From the NCBI GenBank assembly GCA_037481835.1, contig JBBFKW010000004.1, positions 46,569 to 110,568 on the forward strand: a stretch of 64,000 bases of DNA, read 5' to 3'. Position numbers and translations under genes: made by a program. A model generated the notes under the pieces. The model saw only the letters and a program-made list of their open reading frames with translations. It was not told where the DNA came from and searched no databases. Every line of letters starts with the position of its first letter. Positions within the stretch are counted from its first letter, which is position 1. Shown here one piece after another: positions 9,632-20,272 of this stretch. The DNA comes from Desulfosoma sp. Lineage in GTDB: Bacteria > Desulfobacterota > Syntrophobacteria > Syntrophobacterales > DSM-9756.

Positions 9632-11307
9632 CCATGAAGCCCTCCGACACCCTTCCGCTGCGCCTGATCCCCCTCGGGGGATGCGGCGAAATCGGCCTCA
9701 ACATGCTGGTCATCGAATACGGGGACACCATCGTCGTCATCGATGCCGGCTTGATGTTTCCCGAAGAGGAAATGCTGGGAATCGACATCGTCATTCCCGA
9801 CTTTTCTTATCTTCGGGAACACAAGGAAAAGGTCCAGGCCCTCGTGGTCACCCACGGCCATGAAGACCACATCGGGGCCATCCCCTTTTTCATTCGCGAA
9901 TTTCCGGTCCCCATCTATGGCACGGCCCTGTCCCTCGCCCTCATCGAAGAAAAACTTCGGGAACACAAGCTCCTGGAACGTACGGTGCTCCATAGGATCC
10001 AGGCTCGAGACCGCTTGGCCGTCGGCCCTCTGACCTTGGAGTTCATCCAGGTGTGCCACAGCATTCCGGACGGGGTGGGAGTGGCCGTGGAGACCCCCCA
10101 GGGGATCATCGTCCATTCGGGGGATTTCAAGATCGACCATACACCCCTGGACGGCAAGAGGTTTGACACGGCCCGATTCGCCGCCTACGGGGAACGGGGG
10201 GTTCTCGCCTTGCTTTCCGATTCCACCAACGTGGAAAAGGAAGGCTACACCTTGTCCGAAAAAGATATCGGGCATACTTTTCGGGAGATTTTTCGGGAAT
10301 GTTCCGGGCGGATTATCGTGGCCGTCTTTGCCAGCAACATTCATCGCATTCAACAGGTCTTGAATCTGGCCGAAGAATTCGGCCGGAAGGTTTTTTTCAG
10401 CGGCAAATCCATGGTGACCAACGTCCGGATCGCCAGGCACCTGGGATATCTTGACTTCAACCCGGAGAACGAAACCTCGCTGGCAGAACTCCAGCATCTT
10501 CCCGACAACCAGGTGCTCATGCTCACCACCGGAAGCCAAGGCGAGCCCATGAGCGCCCTGACCCGGATGGCCTTCAACGTGCACAAGAAGCTGTCCATCA
10601 AAGCCGGCGATACGGTAGTCTTCTCCTCCAAGTTCATTCCGGGAAATGAACGCGCGATCCATAACATTATCAATCACCTGTACCGCCACGGCGCCCAGGT
10701 CATCCACGACCAGGTGAAAGAAATCCATGTGTCGGGACATGCCTACCGGGAAGAGCTTAAAACCATGATCAATCTGGTGCGCCCCACGTATTTCATCCCG
10801 ATCCACGGGGAATACCGGCACCTTGTCCAGCACAAGCACCTGGCTCAAAGACTCGGGATCCCCGATGACCACTGCCTGGTTGTGGAAAACGGCGACGTCG
10901 TCTCCTTCGACAGGGGGGCCGCTACGGTGCAGAAGCGCATCGAGACCGGGAGGGTTTTTGTGGACGGCAAAGGAGTCGGGGATGTGTGCGATTTGGTGTT
11001 GCGAGACCGCCGGCACCTTTCCGAAGACGGCATGGTATTGGTTTCCCTGGTGGTGAGCAAAGAAACCCGGGAGATTCTCAGCGGCCCGGAGGTGGTGAGC
11101 CGTGGGTTCATTCTCGAAGAGACCAAGCCTGAAATTCTCGACAGTGCGCGGTGTCTCATCTTGGACGTGCTCGAACGGTTTCAGGCCGAGGGTGAGATGA
11201 TGGACTGCGGGGATTTTCAGTTGGAAATCCGAAGGGAGCTCAAAAGGTTTTTCCAGAAGGTGCTGGAAAGACGGCCGTTCATCCATCCCATGGTGGTGGA
11301 AGTCTAG
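9628..11307 (+). CDS. rnj: Ribonuclease J
   Basis: LGGCGEIGLN, THGHEDHIG, HSIPD, GSQGEP, HVSGHA, PIHGE. Confidence 0.96.
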   Translation: MTMKPSDTLPLRLIPLGGCGEIGLNMLVIEYGDTIVVIDAGLMFPEEEMLGIDIVIPDFSYLREHKEKVQALVVTHGHEDHIGAIPFFIREFPVPIYGTALSLALIEEKLREHKLLERTVLHRIQARDRLAVGPLTLEFIQVCHSIPDGVGVAVETPQGIIVHSGDFKIDHTPLDGKRFDTARFAAYGERGVLALLSDSTNVEKEGYTLSEKDIGHTFREIFRECSGRIIVAVFASNIHRIQQVLNLAEEFGRKVFFSGKSMVTNVRIARHLGYLDFNPENETSLAELQHLPDNQVLMLTTGSQGEPMSALTRMAFNVHKKLSIKAGDTVVFSSKFIPGNERAIHNIINHLYRHGAQVIHDQVKEIHVSGHAYREELKTMINLVRPTYFIPIHGEYRHLVQHKHLAQRLGIPDDHCLVVENGDVVSFDRGAATVQKRIETGRVFVDGKGVGDVCDLVLRDRRHLSEDGMVLVSLVVSKETREILSGPEVVSRGFILEETKPEILDSARCLILDVLERFQAEGEMMDCGDFQLEIRRELKRFFQKVLERRPFIHPMVVEV

Positions 11308-11320
11308 AAGGGGACGAGTT

Positions 11321-13555
11321 GTGGAGCGCAAGAAACACGAAGCCTGGGCCTTAGCCGTTTTGACGGCGAGTGTTCTTACGGCGGCGAGTCTCTTTTCGTA
11401 CCACAGTGCCGATCCCACTTTTTTTGGCTCTTCGGCCGCCGGTCGCACCATAGCGAACTGGATCGGCACGCTGGGCGCACACCTCTCCTGGCTCCTCTTT
11501 TTTCTGATCGGCTTGGGAGCTTATGCTCTTCCGCTCTTTGGTTTTTGGTGGAGCTGGTCGCTTCTTAAGGGCCGTGCCGTGTTTCCCTACGGGGGGATGC
11601 ATGTGGTGGGGCTGGTCCTCATGCTGTGGAGCGCCGTCACCCTGGCCGCCTTTCACGGACCGAAAGCCTCAGTGTTCGGCCAAGAAATCCTCGTGGGAGG
11701 CCAGCTGGGCACCCTTTCCGCGACTTGGCTTGACGCTCGTTTGAATCTTTTGGGTGCACACGTGCTCCTGGGAGGCCTCTTTCTCATCGGGCTCGTCCTT
11801 GCCACCCCTTTCAGCCTGAAATCCTTCGGGCGGCTTGTCGTGGCCATCCCTCTCGGTGTTTTTGCCCTCTTTAAGAGGTCTCGCCTTGAGGCAGCCAGAA
11901 CCGTGCCGAAAGAATCCACGGAAGAACGACCTGCAACCGCTCCGGCTCCGCGACCGAGCCGGCGCTCCAAGGGCTCGGCCGGCTCGGAGCGCAAGCTTGC
12001 GGAGGCGGCTCCTGCGCCGCCGCGCCCTGCGGTGGAAGAACCGGCTCTTTCACCTCGACAAAAGGCCGTCCCTTCGGGGCGCTCCCCCGAGGCGGTTTCC
12101 TTGCCGCCCGTCGATCTTTTGGATTTTTACGAAGCCGAAGAGGCCACACCGGATCCTTCCGTCCTCCAGCAAAGAGCCCGAACCCTGGAAGAAAAGCTCG
12201 GAGATTTCGGCGTCCAGGGCCGCGTTGTGGGGATCAATCCCGGCCCGGTGATCACCATGTACGAATACAGCCCGGCACCGGGCATCAAGATCAGCCGCAT
12301 CGTCGGCTTGGCCGACGATCTCTCCATGGCCCTCAAGGCGACAAGCGTGCGGGTCGTCGCCCCGATTCCCGGAAAGGCGGCCATCGGTATCGAAATTCCC
12401 AACGAAAAACGGGCCATGGTTTCCCTTCGCTCCATCATCGAATCCAAAGCGTTCAGCGCGTCCCCATCGCCTTTGACCATCGCTCTGGGCAAGGACATCA
12501 CCGGGGATCCCGTGGTTACCCAATTGACCCGCATGCCGCACCTGCTCATCGCCGGGGCCACCGGGACGGGGAAATCCGTGTGCATCAACGCCATCCTGCT
12601 CAGCCTCCTCTATCGGAACACGCCCGACACCTTGAGGTTCCTGTTGATCGATCCCAAACGCATAGAATTGAGCACGTACGAAAACATTCCCCATCTGCTC
12701 CATCCCGTCGTCACGGAACCCAAGATGGCCACTCGCGCCCTGCGATGGGCCGTTCAGGAAATGGAACTGCGCTACAAGCTCTTGGCCGACAAAAACGTCC
12801 GCAACATCGAAACCTACAACCGGGTATTGGGAAAGCAAGACTTGCGAAAAACCCCGGAAGGCCAGGTTAGGGAAACGGCCAACGGTTTGGTGCTGGAACA
12901 TCACCCTCTGCCGTACATCGTCCTGGTCATCGACGAACTCGCCGATCTCATGATGGTCGCTTCCCGGGAAGTGGAAGAATACATCACGCGGTTGGCCCAG
13001 ATGGCCCGAGCGGCTGGCATCCATCTCATTTTGGCGACCCAAAGGCCGTCCGTGGACGTTTTGACCGGTATCATCAAGGCCAACATCCCGACGCGCATCT
13101 CCTTCCAGGTGTCCTCCAAGGTGGATTCCCGTACCGTGCTCGACACCAACGGAGCCGAAACCCTCCTGGGGGCCGGCGACATGCTTTTCCTCCCCCCCGG
13201 GACGGGCAAATTGCAACGCATCCAGGGCGCCTTCGTTTCCGATGCCGAGGTGCAGCGGGTGACGGACTTCTGGCGCGAACGCCATCCCGAGGCGGATCCC
13301 ATGGCGCAACGGGTGACCTTTGCGGACAAGGAGTCGGGATCGGAAATCGCGGAAGAAGAAATGGACGAAAAGTATGAGGAAGCGGTGCGGCTTGTGGTGG
13401 AAAGCCGCCAGGCTTCCATTTCCATGATCCAAAGGCGGCTTCGGATCGGCTACAACCGGGCTGCGCGAATGATCGAAATCATGGAGCAGCAAGGAATCGT
13501 CAGCCCCTCGGACGGGAGCAAACCCCGCGAGGTTCTGGTTCCCAAGGAGCCCTGA
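11321..13555 (+). CDS. ftsK: DNA translocase FtsK
   Basis: N-terminal 4TM region, AGATGTGKS, IDELADLMM, ATQRPS, gamma domain IGYNRAAR. Confidence 0.96.
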   Translation: MERKKHEAWALAVLTASVLTAASLFSYHSADPTFFGSSAAGRTIANWIGTLGAHLSWLLFFLIGLGAYALPLFGFWWSWSLLKGRAVFPYGGMHVVGLVLMLWSAVTLAAFHGPKASVFGQEILVGGQLGTLSATWLDARLNLLGAHVLLGGLFLIGLVLATPFSLKSFGRLVVAIPLGVFALFKRSRLEAARTVPKESTEERPATAPAPRPSRRSKGSAGSERKLAEAAPAPPRPAVEEPALSPRQKAVPSGRSPEAVSLPPVDLLDFYEAEEATPDPSVLQQRARTLEEKLGDFGVQGRVVGINPGPVITMYEYSPAPGIKISRIVGLADDLSMALKATSVRVVAPIPGKAAIGIEIPNEKRAMVSLRSIIESKAFSASPSPLTIALGKDITGDPVVTQLTRMPHLLIAGATGTGKSVCINAILLSLLYRNTPDTLRFLLIDPKRIELSTYENIPHLLHPVVTEPKMATRALRWAVQEMELRYKLLADKNVRNIETYNRVLGKQDLRKTPEGQVRETANGLVLEHHPLPYIVLVIDELADLMMVASREVEEYITRLAQMARAAGIHLILATQRPSVDVLTGIIKANIPTRISFQVSSKVDSRTVLDTNGAETLLGAGDMLFLPPGTGKLQRIQGAFVSDAEVQRVTDFWRERHPEADPMAQRVTFADKESGSEIAEEEMDEKYEEAVRLVVESRQASISMIQRRLRIGYNRAARMIEIMEQQGIVSPSDGSKPREVLVPKEP

Positions 13556-13560
13556 GATCC

Positions 13561-14340
13561 ATGAGCACATCACATCGGCGTTTCAGCGCGGCATGGAGCC
13601 CTGTTTTGGGCTTCGCTTATCGATTTATGATAGCGGTCTTCATCGTGCATGGGGCCGTGAGCGCGGCTGCAGCGGCCTCCGCCGGCGACGGTGCGGATGC
13701 CGGAGTGCAACACATTCTGAGCAAAATGGAAGACCACTACCGAAGCGTCTCGGCTTACACCGCGGATTTTTCCCAGTGGACCACATCCGTGGCCGCTTCG
13801 GGGGCGACCACGGAAGCCCGCGGTGTTTTTTACTTTCAAAAACCCCGGCGCATGCGCTGGGAATACGAACAGCCGGAACGCCAGATCTTCATTGCGCTCA
13901 AGGACACGGCGTGGCTTTACGTCCCCGAAGACCGGCAGATCTCTCTTTTCGAAATGAAGGAACTCATGCAGTCACCCATCATGCGCACCTTTTTTGAAGG
14001 GGTCGTCCCGTTGCGGGAAAGCTTCCAGGCTTCCTTCGACGCCGCAGCAGCGACGGAACAAACCGCCGTCCTGCGCCTCACCCCGAAGCAGGAAGATCCC
14101 AATGTGCGCGCCCTGCGCGTGTGGGTCGACACCCACGACTACAAGATCACCGAAATCGAAGCCCAAGACGCCCTGGGAAATCTCAACCGCATCCAGTTTC
14201 AAAACCAAAAGGAAATGCCCGCGCTGCCCAAGGAGCTTTTCGCTTTCGACCCGGACGATTCCATCGTCGTCTTGGACCCGAGCGGTCGCAAGCTGAACCG
14301 GGAAGAGATCGGCGCCATCAAACGCCGACTGAGAGACTGA
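13561..14340 (+). CDS. lolA: Outer-membrane lipoprotein carrier LolA
   Basis: Signal peptide, ADFSQ, G.FYFQKP.RMRWEY; adjacent to ftsK. Confidence 0.85.
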   Translation: MSTSHRRFSAAWSPVLGFAYRFMIAVFIVHGAVSAAAAASAGDGADAGVQHILSKMEDHYRSVSAYTADFSQWTTSVAASGATTEARGVFYFQKPRRMRWEYEQPERQIFIALKDTAWLYVPEDRQISLFEMKELMQSPIMRTFFEGVVPLRESFQASFDAAAATEQTAVLRLTPKQEDPNVRALRVWVDTHDYKITEIEAQDALGNLNRIQFQNQKEMPALPKELFAFDPDDSIVVLDPSGRKLNREEIGAIKRRLRD

Positions 14341-14352
14341 ACGGAGATTCGC

Positions 14353-15264
14353 ATGTCGTCCGACGATCGGCTCATCGCAAGAATCGCCACACTGAGGAAG
14401 GAAAAAAACGCCGTCATTTTGGCGCACAACTACCAGCCCGGCATCATCCAGGACCTCGCCGATCTTACGGGCGATTCCCTGGAACTGAGCCGAAAGGCGA
14501 GGGAGACGGACGCTCATGTCATCGTCTTTTGCGGCGTCCATTTCATGGCGGAAACCGCGGCCATCCTCAACCCCGACAAGGTGGTCGTCCTGCCCAATCC
14601 GGCGGCCGGGTGCGCCATGGCCGACATGATCACCGCCCGGGACGTGCGCCGGATCCGAGAAGATCACCCCGGGGTGCCCATCGTCACCTACGTGAATTCC
14701 ACGGCGGAAGTGAAGGCGGAAAGCACGGTCTGCTGCACCTCAGCCAACGTCACTCGCGTGGTGGCATCCTTCAAAGACGAAAAGGCCCTGTATCTCATCC
14801 CCGACCAAAACCTTGCCTTGTATGCCGCACGCCATACCGACAAGACGATCCACTACTGGAAGGGGTATTGTCCCATCCACCACCGCTTGACGGCGGAAAC
14901 GGTCCGCCAAGCCCGGCAGGCCCACCCGGACGCTTTGTTTATCGCTCATCCCGAATGTCGGCCCGAAGTGTTGGACCTGGCCGACGTGGTGACAAGCACT
15001 TCCGGGATGCTGCGCTTTGCCAAGGAAAGCCCCCACCGGGCCTTCATCATCGGGACGGAAACGGGCATCCTTCACCCGCTTCGTCGAGACAATCCCGACA
15101 AAGCCTTTTATCCCGTCTCCCCCCGGATGGTGTGCCCCGACATGAAAAAGACTTCCTTGGCCGATATCGTGCGCAGCCTGGAAACGCTCAGCCCCAGAGT
15201 CCAGGTGCCCGAAGAAATCCGAGTCAAGGCGCTCGAGGCCGTGGAGCGCATGCTGCAGATTTAA
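14353..15264 (+). CDS. nadA: Quinolinate synthase
   Basis: LAHNYQ, FCGVHFMAE, AGCAMAD, YVNS, CTSAN, HPEC. Confidence 0.97.
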   Translation: MSSDDRLIARIATLRKEKNAVILAHNYQPGIIQDLADLTGDSLELSRKARETDAHVIVFCGVHFMAETAAILNPDKVVVLPNPAAGCAMADMITARDVRRIREDHPGVPIVTYVNSTAEVKAESTVCCTSANVTRVVASFKDEKALYLIPDQNLALYAARHTDKTIHYWKGYCPIHHRLTAETVRQARQAHPDALFIAHPECRPEVLDLADVVTSTSGMLRFAKESPHRAFIIGTETGILHPLRRDNPDKAFYPVSPRMVCPDMKKTSLADIVRSLETLSPRVQVPEEIRVKALEAVERMLQI

Positions 15265-15273
15265 GGAACTGCC

Positions 15274-16380
15274 ATGGGCGAAGAGGGTTCACCGAAAAAG
15301 CCTGTTTTGGCCGTGACGATGGGGGATCCCGCTGGGGTGGGCCCGGAAGTGATCGTCAAGGCGGTTCACGAGCCCTGGGTGCGGGCGGCGTGCCGCCCCT
15401 TGATCATCGGCGATGTGAAGGCGCTTCATCGGGAAATGGACGCCTTGAATCTTCGCCTTCCTCTGAAGGTTCTTGGGGACGCAGAAGACGTCCAGGGATT
15501 TCTTACCGATGAGGCCCTTTGCGTGCTGTGCCCCAGACCCTTGAGTCCGGGCGATATCGCCTACGGCCGACCGTCAGCGGAGGCATGCCGGGAAACCATC
15601 CGTTTCATTCGAAGGGCCGTTGACTTGGCCATGAAGGGTCGCGCCGACGCTGTGGTCACCGGCCCCATTCACAAGGATATGCTTCAAAGGCACGGCTTCG
15701 CCTTTCCGGGGCATACGGAATTCCTCCAGGATCTCACCGGGGCCCCGCACGTGGTCATGATGCTTGCCGGACCGAAACTCCGTGTGGCCCTCCTCACCAT
15801 CCATCGCCCCCTTCGGGAGGTGGCCGATGCCGTCACACCCGAAAGGATCCTTAAAACGTTGGATGTGCTGGTCGCCTCTTTGAGGCGGGAGTTCGGGATT
15901 TCCCGGCCCAGAGTGGCCGTCGCGGGGCTCAACCCCCATGCCGGGGAATCCGGTCGGTTCGGCCGAGAAGAGCTGGACATCATCGGCCCGGCCATCGACA
16001 GTTTCCGCCGAAATCACCCGTCCTGCGATGTTTCGGGCCCTCACCCGCCGGATACGGTCTTTGTGCGGGCCTTCGAAGGGGCCTTCGACGCGGTCCTCGC
16101 CCTGTATCACGACCAGGGACTCATCCCGTTGAAACTCGCCCATTTTTATGAAGCCGCCAACGTCACCTTAGGGCTTCCCATCGTCCGCACGTCTGTGGAC
16201 CACGGCACGGGATATGACATCGCCGGCACGGGAAAGGCCCATCCCGGAAGCCTCCTATACGCCATGAAAACGGCCCTCACCATGGTCCATCACAGGGCCG
16301 CCGGAACCTTGCGGGAACGCACGGATTCCGGGGAAACCCCGCGTGGCGCAGAAAGTCTTGTCGTGAGTCGTGAGTCGTGA
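15274..16380 (+). CDS. pdxA: 4-hydroxythreonine-4-phosphate dehydrogenase
   Basis: TMGDPAGVGPE, GHTEF, LNPHAGE, YHDQG, RTSVDHGT. Confidence 0.95.
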   Translation: MGEEGSPKKPVLAVTMGDPAGVGPEVIVKAVHEPWVRAACRPLIIGDVKALHREMDALNLRLPLKVLGDAEDVQGFLTDEALCVLCPRPLSPGDIAYGRPSAEACRETIRFIRRAVDLAMKGRADAVVTGPIHKDMLQRHGFAFPGHTEFLQDLTGAPHVVMMLAGPKLRVALLTIHRPLREVADAVTPERILKTLDVLVASLRREFGISRPRVAVAGLNPHAGESGRFGREELDIIGPAIDSFRRNHPSCDVSGPHPPDTVFVRAFEGAFDAVLALYHDQGLIPLKLAHFYEAANVTLGLPIVRTSVDHGTGYDIAGTGKAHPGSLLYAMKTALTMVHHRAAGTLRERTDSGETPRGAESLVVSRES

Positions 16381-18914
16381 GCCCACAGGCCTGGATTCGC
16401 ATCCGAAAAGCCCGACAAAACAACCTCCAAGATCTCGACGTGGACCTTCCCAAGAACGCCTTTGTGGTCGTCACCGGCGTCAGTGGCTCGGGCAAGTCCA
16501 CGCTGGTTTTCGACGTCCTCCACGCTGAGACTCAAAGGCGGTATTTCAATTCCTTCCTTCCCACTTCCAGCATGGCCCTTCTGCCCAGCTTTCGTCGGGA
16601 AAAGCCGGATGTGGAGGCCATCGACGGCTTGAGTCCCTCCATCGCCGTGGAACAGTGCCGGTTTCCTTCCAACCCTCGATCCACGGTGGGCACCTATACC
16701 GACATTTACGATTTCCTGAGGCTCCTCTTCACCCGACTGGGAACCCCCACGTGCCCCTCGTGCCGGATTCCCATCCGATCCCACACCATCCGCCAAATGA
16801 TCGAACACCTCCTCCAAAGCCCGGAAGGCACCCGGGTGATGATTACGGCTCCTCTGAAACCCATTCCCGAAAAGAAACTCGCCCGCCTCTTGGCCTCCCT
16901 GAAGCGGGACGGTTTCATGCGGATCCTGTGGGACAATGAAGTGTATCTGCTGGATCCCATGCCGGCGCTTCCGCGCCGGCCCCAATACGCCCTGGAATTG
17001 GTCGTCGACCGCGTGAGCCTCAAAGCCGAAGCGTCAGGGCGCCTTTCAGGCTCTTTGGAGCTTGCCGCACGATACGGAAGCGGAACCGTTCGGATCGCCT
17101 TCGAAACAGGAGAGAGCCTCACCTTTTCCCAGAACGCCGCGTGCCCGCGGTGCGGACATGTGGCCCCCCCGCCTTCCATGGCCCTCTTTTCCTTCTTTCA
17201 TACCAAGGGGATGTGCCCGCGCTGCGAGGGAACAGGGGTGGATCCGGCCGGCTCGCCCAAGAAGGCGCCGGCGGAAGAAGACGTTCTCGATCTTCCCCGG
17301 GGCACGCCTTGCCCGGAATGCAAAGGCACGCGCTTGAACCAAAACGCCCGGTCGGTGCTTGTCGAAGGATGTTCCATCGGAGCCGTCCACGCCATGACGG
17401 TTTCGGACATGGACGCCTGGCTTAAAGGTCTGGATCCGGCGCCCCATGAAAGAGAGATCGCGGAAAAAATCCGAGAAGAAATACGCCAGCGCCTTCAGGC
17501 GCTGGAAAGACTCGGGCTGGGCTACGTCTCCCTGGACCGCCCCGTCGCCTCCCTTTCTTCCGGGGAAGCCCAACGCATGCGTCTCGCCCAACAGGTTTCC
17601 GCCCCGTTTTCCGGAATCATTTACATCATCGACGAACCCAGCGTGGGACTGCATCCCCAGGATATGGAAAGACTCATGGAAATCCTGCGGGATCTTCGGG
17701 CCCGGCAAAACACGGTCATCGTCGTGGAACATGATCCCGCCACCGTGCTGGAGGCCGACTACGTGGTGGAACTTGGCCCCGGGGCCGGCCCCGCCGGCGG
17801 CCGACTGGTCTTCGCCGGACCGCCCAAAGAACTCCAGCAATGCCGCCATTCCATCACCGCACCCTATTTGAAAAGAATCCGCGCCGCGGCACTCAAACCT
17901 TCCACCGGGGCAAAACCATTCAACCGGTTTCTCGTGCTGGAAGGTGCCAAAGGCCACAATCTCCAAAACATCACGGTTCGCTTTCCCCTGGAGGCGCTCA
18001 CGTGCGTTACCGGTGTTTCCGGATCCGGCAAGAGCTCCCTCGTGGTGCAGACCCTCTATCCCGCCCTGCTACGCGCCATCCACAAGGTGGACGCCCCGGC
18101 CTTGCCCTTTGAGGCCCTTGCAGGCTGGGAAAGCCTGCGCCGCATCCTGGTCATGGACCAATCCCCCGCAGGGCGGTTGCCAAGGTCCGTCCCGGCCACC
18201 TACTGCGGCGTCTTCGATCCCCTGCGGACCCTCTTTGCCGGACTTCCCGAAGCCAAGGCGCGGGGGTACTCGGCCGATCGGTTTTCATTCAATGTTTCCG
18301 GAGGCCGATGCGAAACCTGCCGGGGAGAAGGCCGCGTGCGCGTGGAAATGTTCCTTCTTCCCGATGTCTTTATCACCTGCCCCCAGTGCGGCGGGTCTCG
18401 CTACGACGATGAGACTCTCTCCGTTCGTTTCAAGGGACTGTCCATCGCCGACGTGCTGAACCTCAGCGTCTCTCAAGCCGCAGACCTCTTTCGCAACCTT
18501 CCCACCATCCGCCGCAAGCTCACCGTCATGGAAGAAGTGGGGCTGGGCTACCTTCGGCTCGGCCAACCGGGCAATACCCTTTCGGGCGGCGAAGCCCAGA
18601 GGCTCAAGCTGGCCCGTGAACTGGCCCGATCCGGTCGCCAACCGTCCTTGTACCTTTTCGATGAGCCCACAACTGGGCTTCATCCTCACGACGTGGAAAA
18701 GCTGGTGGCCCTTTTGCGCCGCCTCGTTTTAGCGGGGCATACGGTGATCGTTATCGAGCACGACCCGGATTTCATCCGATGCGCGGATTATCTGGTGGAT
18801 TTGGGTCCAGGAGCCGGACCCGAGGGCGGTCGCGTCGTGGCCGAAGGCCCCATGCCGGAGGTGCTCACCAGCTTCCATACACCCACGATCACGGCCCTGC
18901 GCCTCGGACGGTGA
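16377..18914 (+). CDS. uvrA: Excinuclease ABC subunit A (UvrA homolog lacking the insertion domain)
   Basis: Two GVSGSGKS Walker A motifs, [13 protein letters not shown] signatures, Zn fingers. Confidence 0.9.
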   Translation: MSPQAWIRIRKARQNNLQDLDVDLPKNAFVVVTGVSGSGKSTLVFDVLHAETQRRYFNSFLPTSSMALLPSFRREKPDVEAIDGLSPSIAVEQCRFPSNPRSTVGTYTDIYDFLRLLFTRLGTPTCPSCRIPIRSHTIRQMIEHLLQSPEGTRVMITAPLKPIPEKKLARLLASLKRDGFMRILWDNEVYLLDPMPALPRRPQYALELVVDRVSLKAEASGRLSGSLELAARYGSGTVRIAFETGESLTFSQNAACPRCGHVAPPPSMALFSFFHTKGMCPRCEGTGVDPAGSPKKAPAEEDVLDLPRGTPCPECKGTRLNQNARSVLVEGCSIGAVHAMTVSDMDAWLKGLDPAPHEREIAEKIREEIRQRLQALERLGLGYVSLDRPVASLSSGEAQRMRLAQQVSAPFSGIIYIIDEPSVGLHPQDMERLMEILRDLRARQNTVIVVEHDPATVLEADYVVELGPGAGPAGGRLVFAGPPKELQQCRHSITAPYLKRIRAAALKPSTGAKPFNRFLVLEGAKGHNLQNITVRFPLEALTCVTGVSGSGKSSLVVQTLYPALLRAIHKVDAPALPFEALAGWESLRRILVMDQSPAGRLPRSVPATYCGVFDPLRTLFAGLPEAKARGYSADRFSFNVSGGRCETCRGEGRVRVEMFLLPDVFITCPQCGGSRYDDETLSVRFKGLSIADVLNLSVSQAADLFRNLPTIRRKLTVMEEVGLGYLRLGQPGNTLSGGEAQRLKLARELARSGRQPSLYLFDEPTTGLHPHDVEKLVALLRRLVLAGHTVIVIEHDPDFIRCADYLVDLGPGAGPEGGRVVAEGPMPEVLTSFHTPTITALRLGR

Positions 18915-18972
18915 TCCCTGGGAACAACCGTTTGGAATGAAAGGAGGGGAGCCTCCGGCGCGAGGTGTCGGC

Positions 18973-19605
18973 TCACACGCCGGTAGACAGGTGGTAGGCG
19001 ATACAGTCCAGTTTGATGGTAAAATCCACGTTTTCCACGTGGCAACAGTCGGGAACCTGGATTTGAACGGGCGCGAAATTGAGGATCCCGTTGATGCCTG
19101 CGAGGATGAGCTGGTTGGCCACACTTTGGGCGGCGCTGGCCGGCGTGGCGATGACGCCGATGTGCACGTCCCGTTCCCGCACCACTTCTTCCAATTCATC
19201 CACGTGGTTGACAATGAGCCCGTTGGGGAGTTTTTTCCCCACCTTCTGGGGGTCCACATCGAAGGCCGCCGTGAAGATGTAGCCGTGTTTCACGAAATTG
19301 CCATGCCGGATCATGGACGAGCCGATATTGCCCAGGCCCACCATGGCCAGGTTCCACGTGCGGTTGAGGCCGAGGATTTCCTTGATCTGGTTGACCAAAT
19401 CCGCCACATGGTAGCCCACACCGCGCACGCCGAATTCGCCGAAGTAGGCCAGGTCCTTTCGAATCTGCGCCGGGTTCACCCCGCATTGCTTGGCCAGCCG
19501 CTCCGAAGAAATGACATCCACGTCATCCTCCAGGAGCTCCTGCAGGGTTCGGACGTAGATGGAAAGGCGGTTGATGGTCGCCATGGGGATTTTGGCAAAT
19601 TTCAT
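18973..19605 (-). CDS. rex: Redox-sensing transcriptional repressor Rex
   Basis: IPMATINRLSIY, QIRKDLAYFGEFGVRGVGY, VGLGNIG, ILNFAP. Confidence 0.96.
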   Translation of the reverse strand: MKFAKIPMATINRLSIYVRTLQELLEDDVDVISSERLAKQCGVNPAQIRKDLAYFGEFGVRGVGYHVADLVNQIKEILGLNRTWNLAMVGLGNIGSSMIRHGNFVKHGYIFTAAFDVDPQKVGKKLPNGLIVNHVDELEEVVRERDVHIGVIATPASAAQSVANQLILAGINGILNFAPVQIQVPDCCHVENVDFTIKLDCIAYHLSTGV

Positions 19606-19689
19606 CCTCTGCCCCTCATGCAGCCGTTGGTGCCGCGCCGGAACGCGCCTTAAAAGCCCTTGTGCATGCAGCCATGCCACGGATCCGTG

Positions 19690-19707
19690 TTGTGCTGCTC
19701 TTCACAT
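19690..19707. promoter_or_regulatory. Possible Rex operator upstream of rex
   Basis: Minus strand ATGTGAAGAGCAGCACAA versus consensus TTGTGAAnnnnTTCACAA. Confidence 0.4.
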
Positions 19708-19750
19708 GGCCAGGTTTAAAAGAAGGCCAAACCACCCGCTTACGGGGCAT

Positions 19751-19780
19751 GGGGACCGAGGGCGATTTCCCTCGATCCCC
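19751..19780 (-). terminator. Stem-loop after atpE (possible terminator)
   Basis: GGGGATCGAGGG-loop-CCCTCGGTCCCC; no strong U tract. Confidence 0.45.
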
Positions 19781-19820
19781 ACGGAGATTCAGCCTTCGTC
19801 GGAGCGCCTTCGCCTCGTCT

Positions 19821-20192
19821 TTAGTGCGCCAGGCCCACGAAGCCCTGGATGAGCTTGGAGACCGGGTTGGCGTAGATGAGGATGAGGGCGATGACCAGAG
19901 CGTAGATACACAGGGACTCGATCATGGCCAGACCGATCATCATGGTCACCGTGATCTTGCCGGAGGCTTCCGGGTTGCGGGCCACACCTTCCACGGAGCT
20001 CTTGATGGCCATGCCCTGGCCCAAGCCCGTCCCGAAGGCGGCGATGGCGATCCCGAATCCTGCGGCCACGGCCGAATACATGAAGAACCGAAGGCCTTCG
20101 ACCTTTTCGGCCGATCCCGCGTCCGCAGCCATGGCCAACGTGGTCAACCCGAGAACCAACAGCGTCGTGAAGAACCCAACTTTCCTAGACAT
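19821..20192 (-). CDS. atpE: F0 ATP synthase subunit c, with N-terminal signal-peptide-like extension
   Basis: [30 protein letters not shown]. Confidence 0.96.
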   Translation of the reverse strand: MSRKVGFFTTLLVLGLTTLAMAADAGSAEKVEGLRFFMYSAVAAGFGIAIAAFGTGLGQGMAIKSSVEGVARNPEASGKITVTMMIGLAMIESLCIYALVIALILIYANPVSKLIQGFVGLAH

Positions 20193-20272
20193 CGATACAA
20201 CCTCCTTGGATTGAGAATTAAGTTTATGCGGCCTTTCCTCCAACCGTAACCGCCTCAGGGAATCCTTAAATC

